A DNA stretch of 64,000 nucleotides, taken from the NCBI GenBank assembly GCA_028534125.1, contig CM052816.1, positions 34,164,001 through 34,228,000 on the forward strand. The letters are read 5' to 3'. This stretch comes from Lama glama (lineage: Eukaryota). Numbering within the stretch: position 1 is the stretch's first letter; each line of letters opens with the position of its first letter. Positions 1-12,349 of the stretch are shown here, in pieces. The notes below the pieces were generated by a model, which saw only the letters and a program-made list of their open reading frames with translations, was not told the origin of the DNA and searched no databases. Made by a program: the position numbers and the translations under genes.

Positions 1-614
1 TAGAACCTTGCAGAAGAAAGCCCTGGCTCTGAGACTTCTTCAAGGCAGCCTTTTCTCTGGACTCTTCTCCCCATCACTGCAAGGGAGGCTGCTGCTAGCT
101 CCTCCTCTGATCTTGCTCCTCAGGCCTAGTTGCTCTGGGAAACCAGTCAAAATACATTCAAGCTACAGAGTGAATAGCACCCTAGGGAATAACTCTGGAA
201 CTAGATTTTGCCTGTTTCTTAAATAGGTAGGTAAATTATACTCCCAAGCATGGTGTCAATGTTAAATAATCTCTCAGGGCTACTGGGAGTGGGAGAGCAG
301 AGGAAGAGAGAGTTTCATATGTAGATAAAACTACAGCCAAACACTGGAAATAGAAAATGCATATCCAAGTGTTTATTAGTACAGTTAAACCTCATCATAA
401 CAGACTCCACAGACATGAAATTTTCTTAAAATAAGCATTCCTTGCTAGTTCTTCTCTTCCTGCAGCTTTTCCATAGTACACCCGCAGTGCTATAGGGTCT
501 TGACTAAAAATACTGCAGCATATGTTTATGTAAAAATACTGCACCATGAAGATAGTAAGGGAGGGCTCCCTTGAAAAGCACCATTGGAGAGTGAAAAGAA
601 AGCTGGCTCAAAAT

Positions 615-778
615 TGAGATACTTATGCTTTACTTTTAATTCTACCTGTGATTAAATTTGAAGATACGACCAAATCAAATGACCTTTCTAAGCCTCGATT
701 TTTTTTATATGTAAGAAAGAAGTTTGAACAACATGCTCTCTAAGGCTCTTCTGGTTCTATTGTCATGTGAGTCTATGA
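615..778 (+). mobile_element. MIR3-like SINE, degenerate
   Basis: Core-like 'gacctttctaagcctcgattt...atatgtaag' followed by a MIR3/L3-type tail 'ctctaaggctcttctggttctattgtcatgtgagtctatga'. Confidence 0.55.
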
Positions 779-1113
779 CAGGTGATAGTGAAGGTTCTTT
801 TCAGCACTGCAACACATGAAGTCTTGCTTATGTTGTCTATTTTATAGATTTCTTTCTTCAAATTCTCAAATTAGAAAGTCACTTATTAGGGACATCCACA
901 AATAGGACTATGGTAAAATACGTAAAAAAAATAAACAAACACATCCATTTATATTTCTTGAAATATCAATTCAAATTTTAAATTGAAGAAGGCTTTTTTC
1001 ATTTAAGTGGAAGACAAATCTAGGTCATGAAGATGCCAACTACGAAAAGGCAGACAGAGAAGAACACTTCTGCCTGAGGAAAGATATTTTTTAAATTATA
1101 AATTTATTAAAAC

Positions 1114-1322
1114 CTAGTGATCTTAAAAGGGGGCAGTTTTGCCCCAGAGAACATTTGGCAGTGTCTGGAGACATTTTTGGTCGTCACAACTGGTGAAAAC
1201 TGTTAGCATCTAGTGGGTAGAGGCCATGGATGCTGCTAATCATCCTACAGTGCACAGTCAGCCCCTCATAACATAACGTTATCCAGCCTAAAATGTCAAC
1301 ACTGCAAGGTTGAAAAACCCTG
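1114..1322 (+). mobile_element. MER20 (hAT-Charlie MITE)
   Basis: Close match to the MER20 consensus: 'ttttgccccagagaacatttggcagtgtctggagacatttttggtcgtcacaactgg...gcatctagtgggtagaggccatggatgctgctaa...ggttgaaaaaccctg'. Confidence 0.9.
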
Positions 1323-1977
1323 ATATGATGCTCTCAAGACTACTAACCGTATTATATCAAGCTTGAAATACCCAAGTTGACGTTGAGAGCAGTAGCCTCA
1401 CCACAAAATGTTTATTTTAGTTTTGCCTAGAGAGAAACCATCGTCTCAGATGCAATTCTCTAAAGCCATTAGGCAAAAATATTACTTCTGTGGATGGAGG
1501 CATTTATTCCTGTATTCTGAGTTAAAAATCCAGCAAACTCAGCTATTTTAAGTTTCATATATCTCTATTTCACACCTTGATTTCTAAATATTCTTTTTCA
1601 ATCTCTAGCAAAAAAAGTACCCAATATTAGATCACACTGAGAAATAAAATACAAGAAGCTAGTCAGATTTTCAGGTATTTCTGAGTACTATCAAATCAGA
1701 AGGTATTAATGCAGAGCCATATTGTGGTTTCAAGTACCCCATCTTCAAACTAGTTGTGTTCTCTGTGTCTGATAGACTTCTGTGATGGATATCAGTTTTC
1801 TCTATCTTTCAAAAAACACTGGTAGCTAATATTTACAAAGGAGAAACTGATTAGTCAACAACTGAAAAGGGGTTTCTAAAATCTCCTGAAATGAATACAG
1901 GGGACTACAATGACCAGGAATCAATGTCTAATGTTAATCATTTCTACTTTCAAACCTACTGTCCTCTGTTAATTGCA

Positions 1978-2476
1978 GTGTGGGGGCTTGTATGCAAAGA
2001 TGGCCACTATTAATGTATTCTTTTCCTTTCCATGCATGTCGCTCTGTTATCAAGTGGAGTCTACTCCTTCACCCTCTTGAATTTTGGCTAGCCTGGGATT
2101 GCTTTGACTATTTAAAATACTGCAGAAATGAAGTTGTGCCAGGCTGGGGCCAAGACTTTAAGAAAATCAGTGGTTTCAGCTCTCTCCCCCTTAGAACCCA
2201 GCCCCCATGCTCTGAAGGAGCCCAGGTAGCTACACAGATAGGTCTGTATGAACAAGACTCGAGGCTTCTAGCCAACAGCCCTAGCTGTTTTATACAGTCT
2301 ATATATCTACCAGATGACAGTAACAAACACTTTGTTCACCATGGGAGTAAGCCAACTTGGAAATGAATCTATCAACCTCACTGAGGCTACCCTAGCTGAT
2401 ACCACATAGAACAGAGGCAAACTAACCACACCTAATCCTCTCTGATTAAAATTCATAAATAGATGGTTGTTTTGTT
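1978..2476 (+). mobile_element. MLT1 (MaLR) LTR, main part; interrupted near its 3' end
   Basis: MLT1-type 'caaagatggccac...gtggagtctactccttcaccctcttgaa...gctttgac...agccaacagccctagctg'. The terminus resumes at about 5115. Confidence 0.75.
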
Positions 2477-2479
2477 ATA

Positions 2480-2683
2480 TTTTTACTTTTTTTGAGCTCC
2501 ATTAAGGTATATTTGGAACTTTGACAAGAATTGCACATATTAAAGGACATTTAAATATATGTATACATTGTGAAATGATTATCACAATCAAGGTAATTAA
2601 CATATCCATCACCTCACATAGTTATCTGTCCACATCCTCTCTGCCTGTAACCTTTGATGAGAACAATTAAGATTTACTCTCTT
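2480..2683 (-). mobile_element. Old L1 (L1MA-type) 3' end, left part
   Basis: Reverse L1MA 3' UTR: 'tatacattgtgaaatgattatcacaatcaaggtaattaacatatccatcacctcacatagttat...gagaacaattaagatttactctctt'. Confidence 0.8.
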
Positions 2684-4176
2684 GGAGAAAGTTTTAAAAA
2701 ATCCTGTTTAAAGTCACGGAGGGTGGGGGGAAATTAGGAGTAAACATAACCAAGGAGGTAAAAAGACATATACACTGAAAATTACAAAACATTGATTAAG
2801 GAAACCAAAGATGGTTCAAAGCAATGGAAAGGTATTCCACATCTTGGATGGGAAGAATTAATACTGTTAAAAATAGCCATACTACCCAAAGCAATCTACA
2901 GATGTAATGAAATCTCTATCAAAATACTCATGACAGTTTTTACAGAACAAGAAAAAAAATCCTGAAATTTATATGGAACCATAAAGTCCCAGAATTGCAA
3001 AAGCAATTCTAACGAAAAAGATCAAAGCTGGAGGCATAACCCTTTCAGATTTTGGACAATACTACAAAGCTACAGTAATAAAAATAGCATGGAATTGTAT
3101 AAAAATAAACATATGGATCTGTGGAACAGAGTGGAGAGCCCATAAATAAACCCACACACCTACGATCAATTAATCTTTGACAAAAGTGGTAAGAATATTC
3201 AATGGAGAAGAGACAGTCTCTTCAACAAGTGGTGTTGGGAAAGCTGGACAGCTACATGTAAGTCAATGAAATTAGAAAACTACCTCATACCACAACAAAA
3301 ATAAACCCCAATTGGTTTCAAGACCTAAATATAAGGTCTTTTATGACCTAATAAAACTACCAGAAGAGAACACAGGCAAAACATTCTCGGACATAAATCA
3401 CAGCAACATTTTCTTAGCTCTGTCTCCAAAGACAAAAGAAATAGAAACAAAAATAGACAAATGAGATCTAATAAAACTGAAAAGCTTTTGCACAGCAAGG
3501 AAAACCACAAATAAAACAAAAAGACAACCTACATAATGGGAGAAAATATTTGCAAACATTGTGACTGACTAGGGGTTAATATTCAAAACATACAAACAGT
3601 TCATACAATTCAATATTGAAAAAGAAAACAACCCAATAAAAAAATAGATAGGAGACCTAAACAGACATTTCTCCAAAGAAGACATACAGATGGCCAACAG
3701 GCACATGAAAAGGTGTTCCACGTTGCTAATTATTAGAGAACTGTACCACAATGAGGTATCACCTTACACAGGTCAGAACAGCTACCATCAAAAAGTCTAA
3801 CATAAAAAAAGCTGGAGAGGGTGTGGAGAAAAGGCAATCCTCCTACACTGTTGGTGGGAATGTAAATTAATGCAGCCATTATGGAAAACAGTATGGAGGT
3901 TCCTTAAAAAAACCTAAAAATAGAGCTACCATATGATCCAGCAATCCCACTCTTGGTATACATTCGGCAAAGATGAAAATTCTAATTCAAATAGATACAT
4001 GCAACTCAGTGTTCATAGAAGTACTGTTTATAATAGCCAAGGCATGGAAACAACCCAAGTGCCCATCAACAGAAGACTGGCTTAAGAAAATGTGTTATAC
4101 TATTTATGATAGCAAGATATGGACACATCTTAAATGTCCATCAACAGATGAATGGATAAAGATGTAGTGTATATAA

Positions 4177-4217
<41 letters not shown>

Positions 4218-4670
4218 GGAATACTACTCAGACATAAAAAGGATGAAATAATGCCATCTGCATCAACATGGACAGACCTAGAGATTACATATTAAGTGAA
4301 GTGAAGTTAGAAAGAGAAAAAAACTGTATGATATCACTTATATGTGGAATCTAAAATATTACACAAATGAACTTATTTATGAAACAGCAATAGACTCACA
4401 GACATAGGAAACAAATTCATGGTTACCAAAAGGGAAAGGAGGGGGAACAATTAGAAGTATGAGATTAACAGATAAAACTACCATACATAAAACAGATAAA
4501 CAATAAGGATTTGCTGTATAGCACATGGAATTATATTTAGTATCTTGTAATAATCTATAATGGAAGATAATCTGAAAAAATATATATAACAGGATCACTT
4601 TGTTATATATCTGAAACAAGCACAATATTATAAATCAACTATACTTTAATATAAAAAAGAAAAAAGAAAA
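2684..4670 (+). mobile_element. 5'-truncated L1 (ORF2 C-terminal part, 3' UTR, A-tail), cetartiodactyl type
   Basis: Decayed ORF2 including the cysteine-rich region 'gctggagagggtgtggagaaaagg...ctacactgttggtgggaatgt', then the 3' UTR and an A-rich tail at about 4650-4670. Imperfect TSD: aagatttactctct (2669-2682) and aagatctactcttt (4671-4684). Confidence 0.95.
4179..4215. repeat. (CA)n microsatellite inside L1
   Basis: Uninterrupted AC repeats read directly from the sequence. Confidence 0.98.
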
Positions 4671-4684
4671 AAGATCTACTCTTT

Positions 4685-5110
4685 AAAAATTTTAATCATG
4701 GGATACAATGTTATTAATTATAGCCATTGTGCTAACATTAGATCTCCAGGACTTATTCACCCTGCATATCTGAAACTTTGCACCCTTCGACTAACATCTT
4801 TCCATGTCCTCACCCTCTGGTAACCACCATTTTACTCTCTGCTCCTATAACGTCAAATTTTTTTAGATTCCACGTATAAGTGAAATCATACAATATATGC
4901 CTCCTTGTGTCTGACTTATTTCACTTAATATAATGTCTCCAGTTTCATCCATGTTGTCTCAAATGACAGCACTCATTGTTTTCTAAGGCTGAATAATATT
5001 TCACATGTTCTATAGTATTTACTTTCTTGCTTTTGAGATATGTAAGTACATTATATACTTTGGGTGTTAACCCCTCACCAGATACATGGTTTACAAATAT
5101 TTTCTCTTAT
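4685..5110 (-). mobile_element. Old L1 (L1MA-type), continuation of the 2480-2683 element
   Basis: 'cattagatctccaggacttattc...ctggtaaccaccattttactctctg...tttagattccacgtataagtgaaatcatacaata...gtttcatccatgttgtc'. Confidence 0.85.
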
Positions 5111-5114
5111 TACA

Positions 5115-5181
5115 TTTGTTTTTGTTTTAAATAACTTAAGTTTTGTAGTGGTTTTTTTTTCAGCAATCAAGTACCAAAACA
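5115..5181 (+). mobile_element. MLT1 LTR 3' terminus (continuation)
   Basis: 'ttgttttaaataacttaagttttgtagtggtttt...cagcaatcaagtaccaaaaca' resembles the MLT1 end. Confidence 0.6.
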
Positions 5182-6867
5182 TACATCAAAGTCTATTTTT
5201 TTTAAAGGGAATCATATTAAGACCTCTTGTTAACACCATATAAAGAATAATTCTACTTCTATGAATAGCAGATGTCCTATGATTTGTCATCTTTCTTATA
5301 AACTAGACTCTTCAGGAGCTTTGAGATGTTCAAATATATAAACAATGCCAATTTCATAATGTATTGATGAAATAAGTACATGGCTTCTGCTACAAAGTGT
5401 GTACATATATTTTTCGCTAGAATTCTACGACCAAAATGTTCCACACTTAGTTTTGGGCTCTTTCTGTGGCAGCATAGGCAAAACAAGGACATGGCACTAC
5501 ATGAACCTGGAAGAAATCCTTTAACTTTTTAGAGGCAACTGCAGCCATCATCCTTACTCACTTCACTTAACAAAGGGATAAAGCCAAACCCACACCCTGT
5601 GGAAATGCACAACCAGAAGACTGTTGGCGCAAGGCTGTAATGTAAAGCCACTTGAATTTCTCCTAGTAGTAGGCAGTCATCATTCCTGCTCTCTGCTGAC
5701 TTTTAATTTCATGCTTATCACTCCTAAACCAGTAATCAGATGTCTTCAATGATCAGTCAATACCTTTAATTTTAAGTGCAACCCAAGGACCTACGTTAGA
5801 GTGAAAGCACCAAGAAATTTGGAAAGTGTTTCTTTTTCTTGCTTTGTAAGAACTTTTAGAACATTAATAATTTTTACAAATTCTAGTTGGTTGCCCTGAT
5901 GTCCTTCAAAGTAGGATTTAAACTGATAAAGGCTTACTTTATCAGGAACTACAATCAAATCTGACTGCTACAGATCTGACTGCTTTAATTTTTATCAAAT
6001 GCAAGCAAGTCTAGAGACCAGGGGTCATGGACTAGTCCTATTTATCTATATCTGAAACTAATACACTTTAGAGAAGATAAAACATTCAATGAGAATATCT
6101 AGAGTAAACCTTTAATATAAACATGGAAATTGCATTTATTTCTTGAATCACAGCTTCCTGAATACGGAAAGCATTGGCAAAATTAAAAAGCAGGTAGCTT
6201 TGCCAGGAAATGCATTCAATTTACTTTCTAATGGTGACGGCTAGAGCCACTGAAGTGTTGAGCAGCAAGTATTTCTGTTGCTTCCTTTGCAGCATCTGTG
6301 TGACCTGGTATTTATTTCAACAGATGAAAACAGAAAAGTTTCAATTCTGTCCAGCTGAAGGAAGGCATTCACGAGGAATGTAACTAGACTTTTATTTCAG
6401 GAACAAGAACTTGAGGTTACATAAAGCTTTGTGAAGTGTGGTTACTACAAGAGTTGGAGTAGTTTGAAGGGAAACTTGACTTCTAAAGGCAACTGAGAGA
6501 GAGGTCAGCAGAATGGATCACTGGAGTAGTTTGGACAAAAGAAAATTTCTGCTAAAACCAACCAACATGGAAAGACAACTGCAATGATATGGGTCATTTG
6601 AATGCATCTCACTCCATGTGAACTAATCTCATTGTGCATGCCTTCCATAGATTAGTTATGTGTACATCACTGAAATGTATTTAATCCATGAATAAGGTGG
6701 CCACTCACTGTTAGTTTAGAAATAAAAACAATATACATTATAAATAACTGAAGTAAATATTGTGTCTAGTCAGTACTTGATAGAGCAGTTGGACTCTGAC
6801 AATCTTCTTGTGTGCGTTTGCGTATCGGTGCATATTTTGTGAGAAAGCCAACTTTTCTTACTTGTTT

Positions 6868-6955
6868 TCGTTTTTATTGTAGTAGGAGCATTTAATATGA
6901 GATCTACTCTTCTATCAATTTTTTCAGTGTACAACACAGGACTGTTAGTTACAGG
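6868..6955 (-). mobile_element. L1MA-type 3' UTR fragment
   Basis: 'gtaggagcatttaatatgagatctactctcttatcaattttt'-like motif shared with the other L1MA pieces in the window. Confidence 0.6.
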
Positions 6956-7174
6956 CTGGTTTCTCTTTTAATGAATTTTCTCACATCACTGTAACCAGCA
7001 GAAAAATAAAAGTTCCCTAAAATCAGGAAAAACCACCTCTTCTATGGCTGAATTTGGTATACAGCCATCTGGGACAAGTAACTAGTACTAACTAGTACTA
7101 ACGAGATATAGAAGGACTGTGATGTTGGTGAAGCAAGAGTTCAGTGCCTCACTCGGTGAGTGAAAGAACACTGG

Positions 7175-7395
7175 TGGAGGCAGTGGGGTGTGAACTCCAG
7201 GAGCACACACTCTGGCCTGAGTTTAAGCCCCAGGCCTGTTACCTTAGCGGCTGTGTGCCCTTGCTGAGCTTCACTTCTCTGAGCCGTCGTCTCCTTGTCT
7301 ATCAAACAGATATACAAGTGGCATTTACCTATAGGGTTGTTTTGATGATTAAATGAGAAGATACATATGTGAAGATTTAACATATAAATATTTAG
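7175..7395 (+). mobile_element. MIR SINE
   Basis: Core 'gctgtgtgcccttgctgagcttcacttctctgagcc...acctatagggttgttttgatgattaaatgaga'. Confidence 0.8.
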
Positions 7396-7629
7396 AATCT
7401 CTCCCCCTCCTTTACCTATCAGACATAGCATATGAGTCAAGACAGGTTAGGTTTTCTACGACGAAACAACAACCAACTCTCATGCAGCCCCTTTGTGCTA
7501 AGTTCTCTGCAGACAAGCTCTCTACAGACAAGTTTCTGAGGAGCTATTCCCTGGATGTCAACTCAGCATTTCAGCCCTTTCGATTTTACGGCACCTTTAT
7601 ATCAACACATGCTTCCCCAACACCTAGCA

Positions 7630-7913
7630 GGAGAACAGAAGATAGACTGCCAAACGCCAGTGGTGATGTGAAGATGGAGGCAGAGACTGGAGTGACATGT
7701 ACAAGGCAAGGAGTGCCAAAGACTGCCCAGAGCCACCAGAAGCTGAAACAGACAAGGAAGCATTCCCTTTAAAGCCTTTAGTGGGAACATGACTCTGCTG
7801 AAACATTAATTTCAGACTTGTGCCCTTTAGAACTATGAGAGAATAAATTTCTGTTGTTGCAAGCCACCCAGTCTATGGAAAATTTGTTGCAGCAGTTTTA
7901 AGAAACTAATGTA
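7630..7913 (+). mobile_element. MLT1B/C-type LTR, 3' half
   Basis: 'gatgtgaagatggaggcagagactggagtga...ccaccagaagctg...agaactatgagagaataaatttctgttgttgcaagccacccagt'. Confidence 0.85.
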
Positions 7914-7949
7914 GGTTTGAAGGCCATCTCTGGCAGTCTCTCAGACTTT

Positions 7950-8290
7950 TTTCTGTCAAGATGACTGTCACATCTTCAGGCATCATGTCTATATCCAAGA
8001 AGAAATCATAGATAAAGAATGTCACGAACACCATTTGTCTCTTTAATTAGTAAAGCTACAGCTCTCCACTAAGTGAACTCCCTCTAGCAGGCTTCCCTTA
8101 TTTCTTCCTCAGCTAGATCAGTGATAGGAAATGTTCCCAGTTCAAACAAACCCTGAGAAAGCAAAGGAAACCATCCCTATGACTGACTAAGATCTATCAG
8201 GATTCATGGCTTGGTAACAGCACATTGCTGTCCCTAACAACATCTGTGTTCTACTAAGCAGGAGAGAAGACAACAATGAATGTTGGGTAG
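7950..8290 (-). mobile_element. Old MLT1 (K/L-like) LTR fragment
   Basis: 'caagatgactgtcacatcttcaggcatcatgtc...gcaggcttcccttatttc...cacattgctgtccctaacaa'. Confidence 0.5.
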
Positions 8291-8737
8291 GAATAAAGTG
8301 TTATTCCAAATAAATGCTAGCTATTATTACTATCTAAAAATGGTGGGACTTAAGTAAGTAAGATATTGGAAGGAGAATTTTGGTTCAAATACTGTAAGTC
8401 AGGACTTCCCAAGTAGCATGCCAGAGTAAATTAGAGTGCCACACACGGGCTATAGGCTGTCACTGCTCCCAGAGACCAGGGCTGGTCATCTCGAGCAGCA
8501 AACTCTCATCTAATTACTCTAGTAGCCCACTGAAATATTATCACAGTTTGTGTGTAGAATTATGTAGACAGGGTTGGGATAATTTTTAATTGCTCAAGAG
8601 TGGCAGGAACTTCATCTAAACTCTTGGGAAAACCATAATGCAGTCTAGAGCATAAACATGAAGAAAAAGGAGTGGAAGAGTCACAGTATAGGAAGGAATA
8701 AAGTCACCCAATCCCTTAATGCACTCACCCACCCTCT

Positions 8738-9177
8738 CTGTGGTAAATTTTCACACTCATAGCTCCAGCGAATTATGCCTCCAAGTATCCAAACCCTGCC
8801 GACGCTCCTTCTACCTTGACTCTATGCTTGACCACGTGATTTCCCTTGGTCTTTGGGACATCTACAAACATGATAACACGATGCAAGCAGAGGCTTGTTT
8901 AAGTGCTTGGGAACTGGAGTTTATATTCTCAGAACACTGTCATTAACATGTAAGGAAACTCTGACTGGGGACACACAACTCACCAACCTTCAGATATCTG
9001 AGTAAGACCATCTCAGACCAGTAGCCCCAGTTAAGCCACTAGCTGACTGTAGCCCTAGACATGGTTCACAGAAGAACCACTCAGCTAAACCCAGCCCACA
9101 CTGCAGAACTGTGGCCAAATGGCTGCTGTTCCAGGAGACTAAGTATGTGTAATAGATAGCACTAGATAACTGATACA
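8738..9177 (+). mobile_element. MLT1H/I-type LTR
   Basis: Starts 'tgtggta'. Contains 'gaccacgtgattt...atgcaagcagaggcttg...cagaagaaccactcagctaaacccagcc'. Ends 'agataactgataca'. Confidence 0.75.
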
Positions 9178-9229
9178 TCTCCCCAACCTTATCTCCTACC
9201 ATCTTCCCTTCCTTCAATCCACACTTGCC

Positions 9230-9652
9230 TAAGATTTTCTTCCTCTTCCTTGACCATGACAGGCTTATTTTTGCCTCGGGTCCTTTGACTGGGTTCCCTC
9301 TACCTGAGAAGCATTGATGGGTTGGTGGTTCACTTCCTCACTGCATGCAAGACTTTAATCAACTACCACCTCCTTAAGGAGGCCTTTAATCACCACCATA
9401 TCTAATATTTAACATACCAGCCCCTGTATGTTCCCTCTCCATTTCCTTTTCCTACTTTAGTTTTTCTGAGCTCTCCTTTTGAAACATATATGATATACTT
9501 CTTGGATTACTACATTATTTTCTGCCTCCTCCACTAGAATGTTGACTCCAGGAGGACAGAGGCCACACATACCTTGTTCACAGTTCTATCACCAGTGGCT
9601 AGAATAGTTCTGGCATACGGTGGAATGCCTCAGTAATGTTGTGTGAATGAAA
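9230..9652 (+). mobile_element. L2 3' end
   Basis: 'tgcctcgggtcctttg...ttccctctacctg...ctccactagaatgttgactccaggaggacagag...tagaatagttctggcatac...tgaatgaa'. Confidence 0.8.
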
Positions 9653-10641
9653 TAATAAAGAAGTGAAATGTATTAAGTGCGGTTTGGGTAGGACCAGAGG
9701 GAATGAGAAGGTGATATTCAGAGTAAGGACTCAAAGACTCCTTAATCAGAAATGCATTCCTAATAATTTTCATCTATGTGCAATATTTACTCTTTGATTT
9801 TTTAAACTGACATATTGAATTTTAACCTATTGCTCAGTGCAGCACTTTTACAGCGTATTTATAATATTTTTATTTAATTCTAATTAAATATTTAGTTGTA
9901 TGTTTGCTATAATTTATACATAAAATTCTTAATAAAGGCTACTATTTTAAATGTACTTTTTTCTTCATATGGTTATATATATTCTTAATGAAATGTCTCA
10001 TTACCATAACTTTATAACTTTTTGAGTGTAAAATTTTCATGTAATTGTGAAATTACACTTTATTCGTGTTGTAAAAGCTTCATAATTCTCCACATTCTCA
10101 ACTCAGGCTTGTTCAACAAAATAAATAATAATATATAATAATTTACTATTTCCATAAATGACAGGCACATACGTAAAAATCCTTACTCTCCTGAAAAAAC
10201 ATAAAATAATGACCTCTGAGAACCCACAGGACTTACAGACCACCTGTGGGTTAAATCCTATGCAATTCTACAAACATAATCTCATCCACAACTATTTTAT
10301 CTTTGATGTGAATGGAAGTCTAACAATTTCATTAAGTAGATCTCTAATCCCTGGCAGACTAAAAGTAGAAAACTGTAGGGAAAGATAACTTGAGGGTCTT
10401 CTAGGAAAAAGCAGAAAGGCAAATGCACCCTGCTTTGTCCTAGGTCCTTTAAATTGTCCATGTCCATTAACACAGATTTATCCTTTGTACATAAATGACC
10501 AGCTAAAGTCATCACCAGTCACTTATATTTAACCAGACTGCATTCAGCTCACTGTTTCTAATCTACTGGCTCTGTCCATCCTGACACCTATCTCCAGCTG
10601 CCCTGGTGCCTCTAACAGTCTTCTGGCCTGTCCATTAAATC

Positions 10642-10666
10642 TCTGTCTGTCTGTCTGTCTATCTTT

Positions 10667-10702
<36 letters not shown>
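10642..10702. repeat. (TCTG)n followed by (CA)n microsatellite
   Basis: Directly visible simple repeats at 10642-10660 and 10670-10702. Confidence 0.95.
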
Positions 10703-10703
<1 letters not shown>

Positions 10704-11749
10704 TTGGGTGCTTCCTTTCCTTATACTGGCACTAGGACTGCAGGTAAGAGGAAGTCCCATCTTTGGCTTTAGTTTCATAGGACCAAGAGCAGTCAGCACA
10801 CTTTCGTTTCGCTTCTAGTAAGGGACAACAAGGATTATAACACAAAGGGTTGATGCACAAATAGGGAGAATGGAGACCATGAACACTTGAAAAACAAGAA
10901 AAGAAAAAAGTGAAGGAAATAGACCTTCTCTGAAGACAAGAAATGCTGCTGTCAACTTCCAGCAAGCTTTGCGTGGGCAGATCAATTTGTACCTGGCATC
11001 CAGCATAACATACACATATTAAAGGTACCAGGAGAAAGGTCCTATGTCACGAGCTCAGCCCAATTATTGGTTTGTGAACCTGGATGCAAACTACAACCTG
11101 TCATTGCACAGAATGGAGATGATTCCAAGCATCAGCTTGAGCAAATGAGAATTGTCTGCTTTCATAGTACAATTTAAGAATGTGACAAAATTGATACAAG
11201 ATCCATGTTTAAGGACATAGACTCTTAAATTCAACAGGGGAGAAAAAGAGCAGGGAACGGTAAGAAGAAACATTTGACATGTTATCAAGGTATGAAGTAA
11301 CATTTCTCTACTAAAGTATGTAAGTTAGGTGAAAGAATGAAAGAAGGTAATGAAATATGTAACCTCCTTTAGAAAGATTTCTAACATAAGCAGTTAAACA
11401 TGAAGAAATTTTTGATATTCAGAAATTCACTTGTCTTAAGCTGAATAAATTAAACACCATTGTGACCTGTCATGATGTTTTAAGTGGATGAAGGACAAAA
11501 TGAAGCACACTTTGGGCCCTTAATTATAAGATGATATATTTTGCTAAAAATCAGTTCAGGCAGCTTCACATATTTACACTTTCTTCCCTGTTTTATCACC
11601 TATTCCCCCTCCCCCGACCCCAGCATGTACTAGGCTCTCTTTAGTTTACCTAACTTTGTCTTATTTCTTCCCTTATTTCACCTTCCTCCAAAGACTATAT
11701 GCTTTGCAAACTCATTTCTCCTCTGAATTTCACCTCTTTTGTACAAATA

Positions 11750-11988
11750 ATAATAACTATCATATATCGAACACTTACTAGTTGCTCAGAATTCTGCATT
11801 CAATGCCCCATTTGATGTTCATAGCAACACGATGATGTGGACACTGTATTATGTTCATTTCACAGATGAGAAAATTAAGGTTTAGAAGGATGAAATAGTT
11901 TGCTTAAAATAATACAGCTATTAAGTTGTAGAACTGACTTGAACCTATCTCTGTCAAATTCCAAAACTCCTGGTCTTTACTATTCTGT
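11750..11988 (-). mobile_element. MIR SINE
   Basis: Reverse core 'catttcacagatgagaaaattaaggtttagaaggatgaaatagtttgcttaaaataatacagcta...tttgaacc'. Confidence 0.8.
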
Positions 11989-12349
11989 TTAAAAGTAACC
12001 CTCTCGCTATGTTATGGCAGCGAATTAAATCAGACCAAGGCACGATTACTGAGCGTTTAAGTACAAGACACCATTCTTGGCAACAGGGCAAAAGTGGCAC
12101 ATGCAAGAAAAATTCCCTTTGTGCATGTCGGTTCTGTCGAGAAACAGAAAGTATACCGGTTACTTCAACAGAGAGGATGTCGCATACAGAATGTATAGAA
12201 CGTACATAGTAAATTAAATGCTTGAGTGTCACAAATGTAGTAGGACACATATTCTGCCTCTGGAACTGAAGGATCAGAGAGAAGAGTTTAGAACTTTTCA
12301 AACTTCAAATTTTGAAGATGGGGATCCACAGATTTGCCACTCAGACCTG

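Noticed and set aside
8400..8580. Possible hAT MITE
   Set aside because: It has TIR-like ends (cttcccaag ... gttgggat) but is too degenerate to support.
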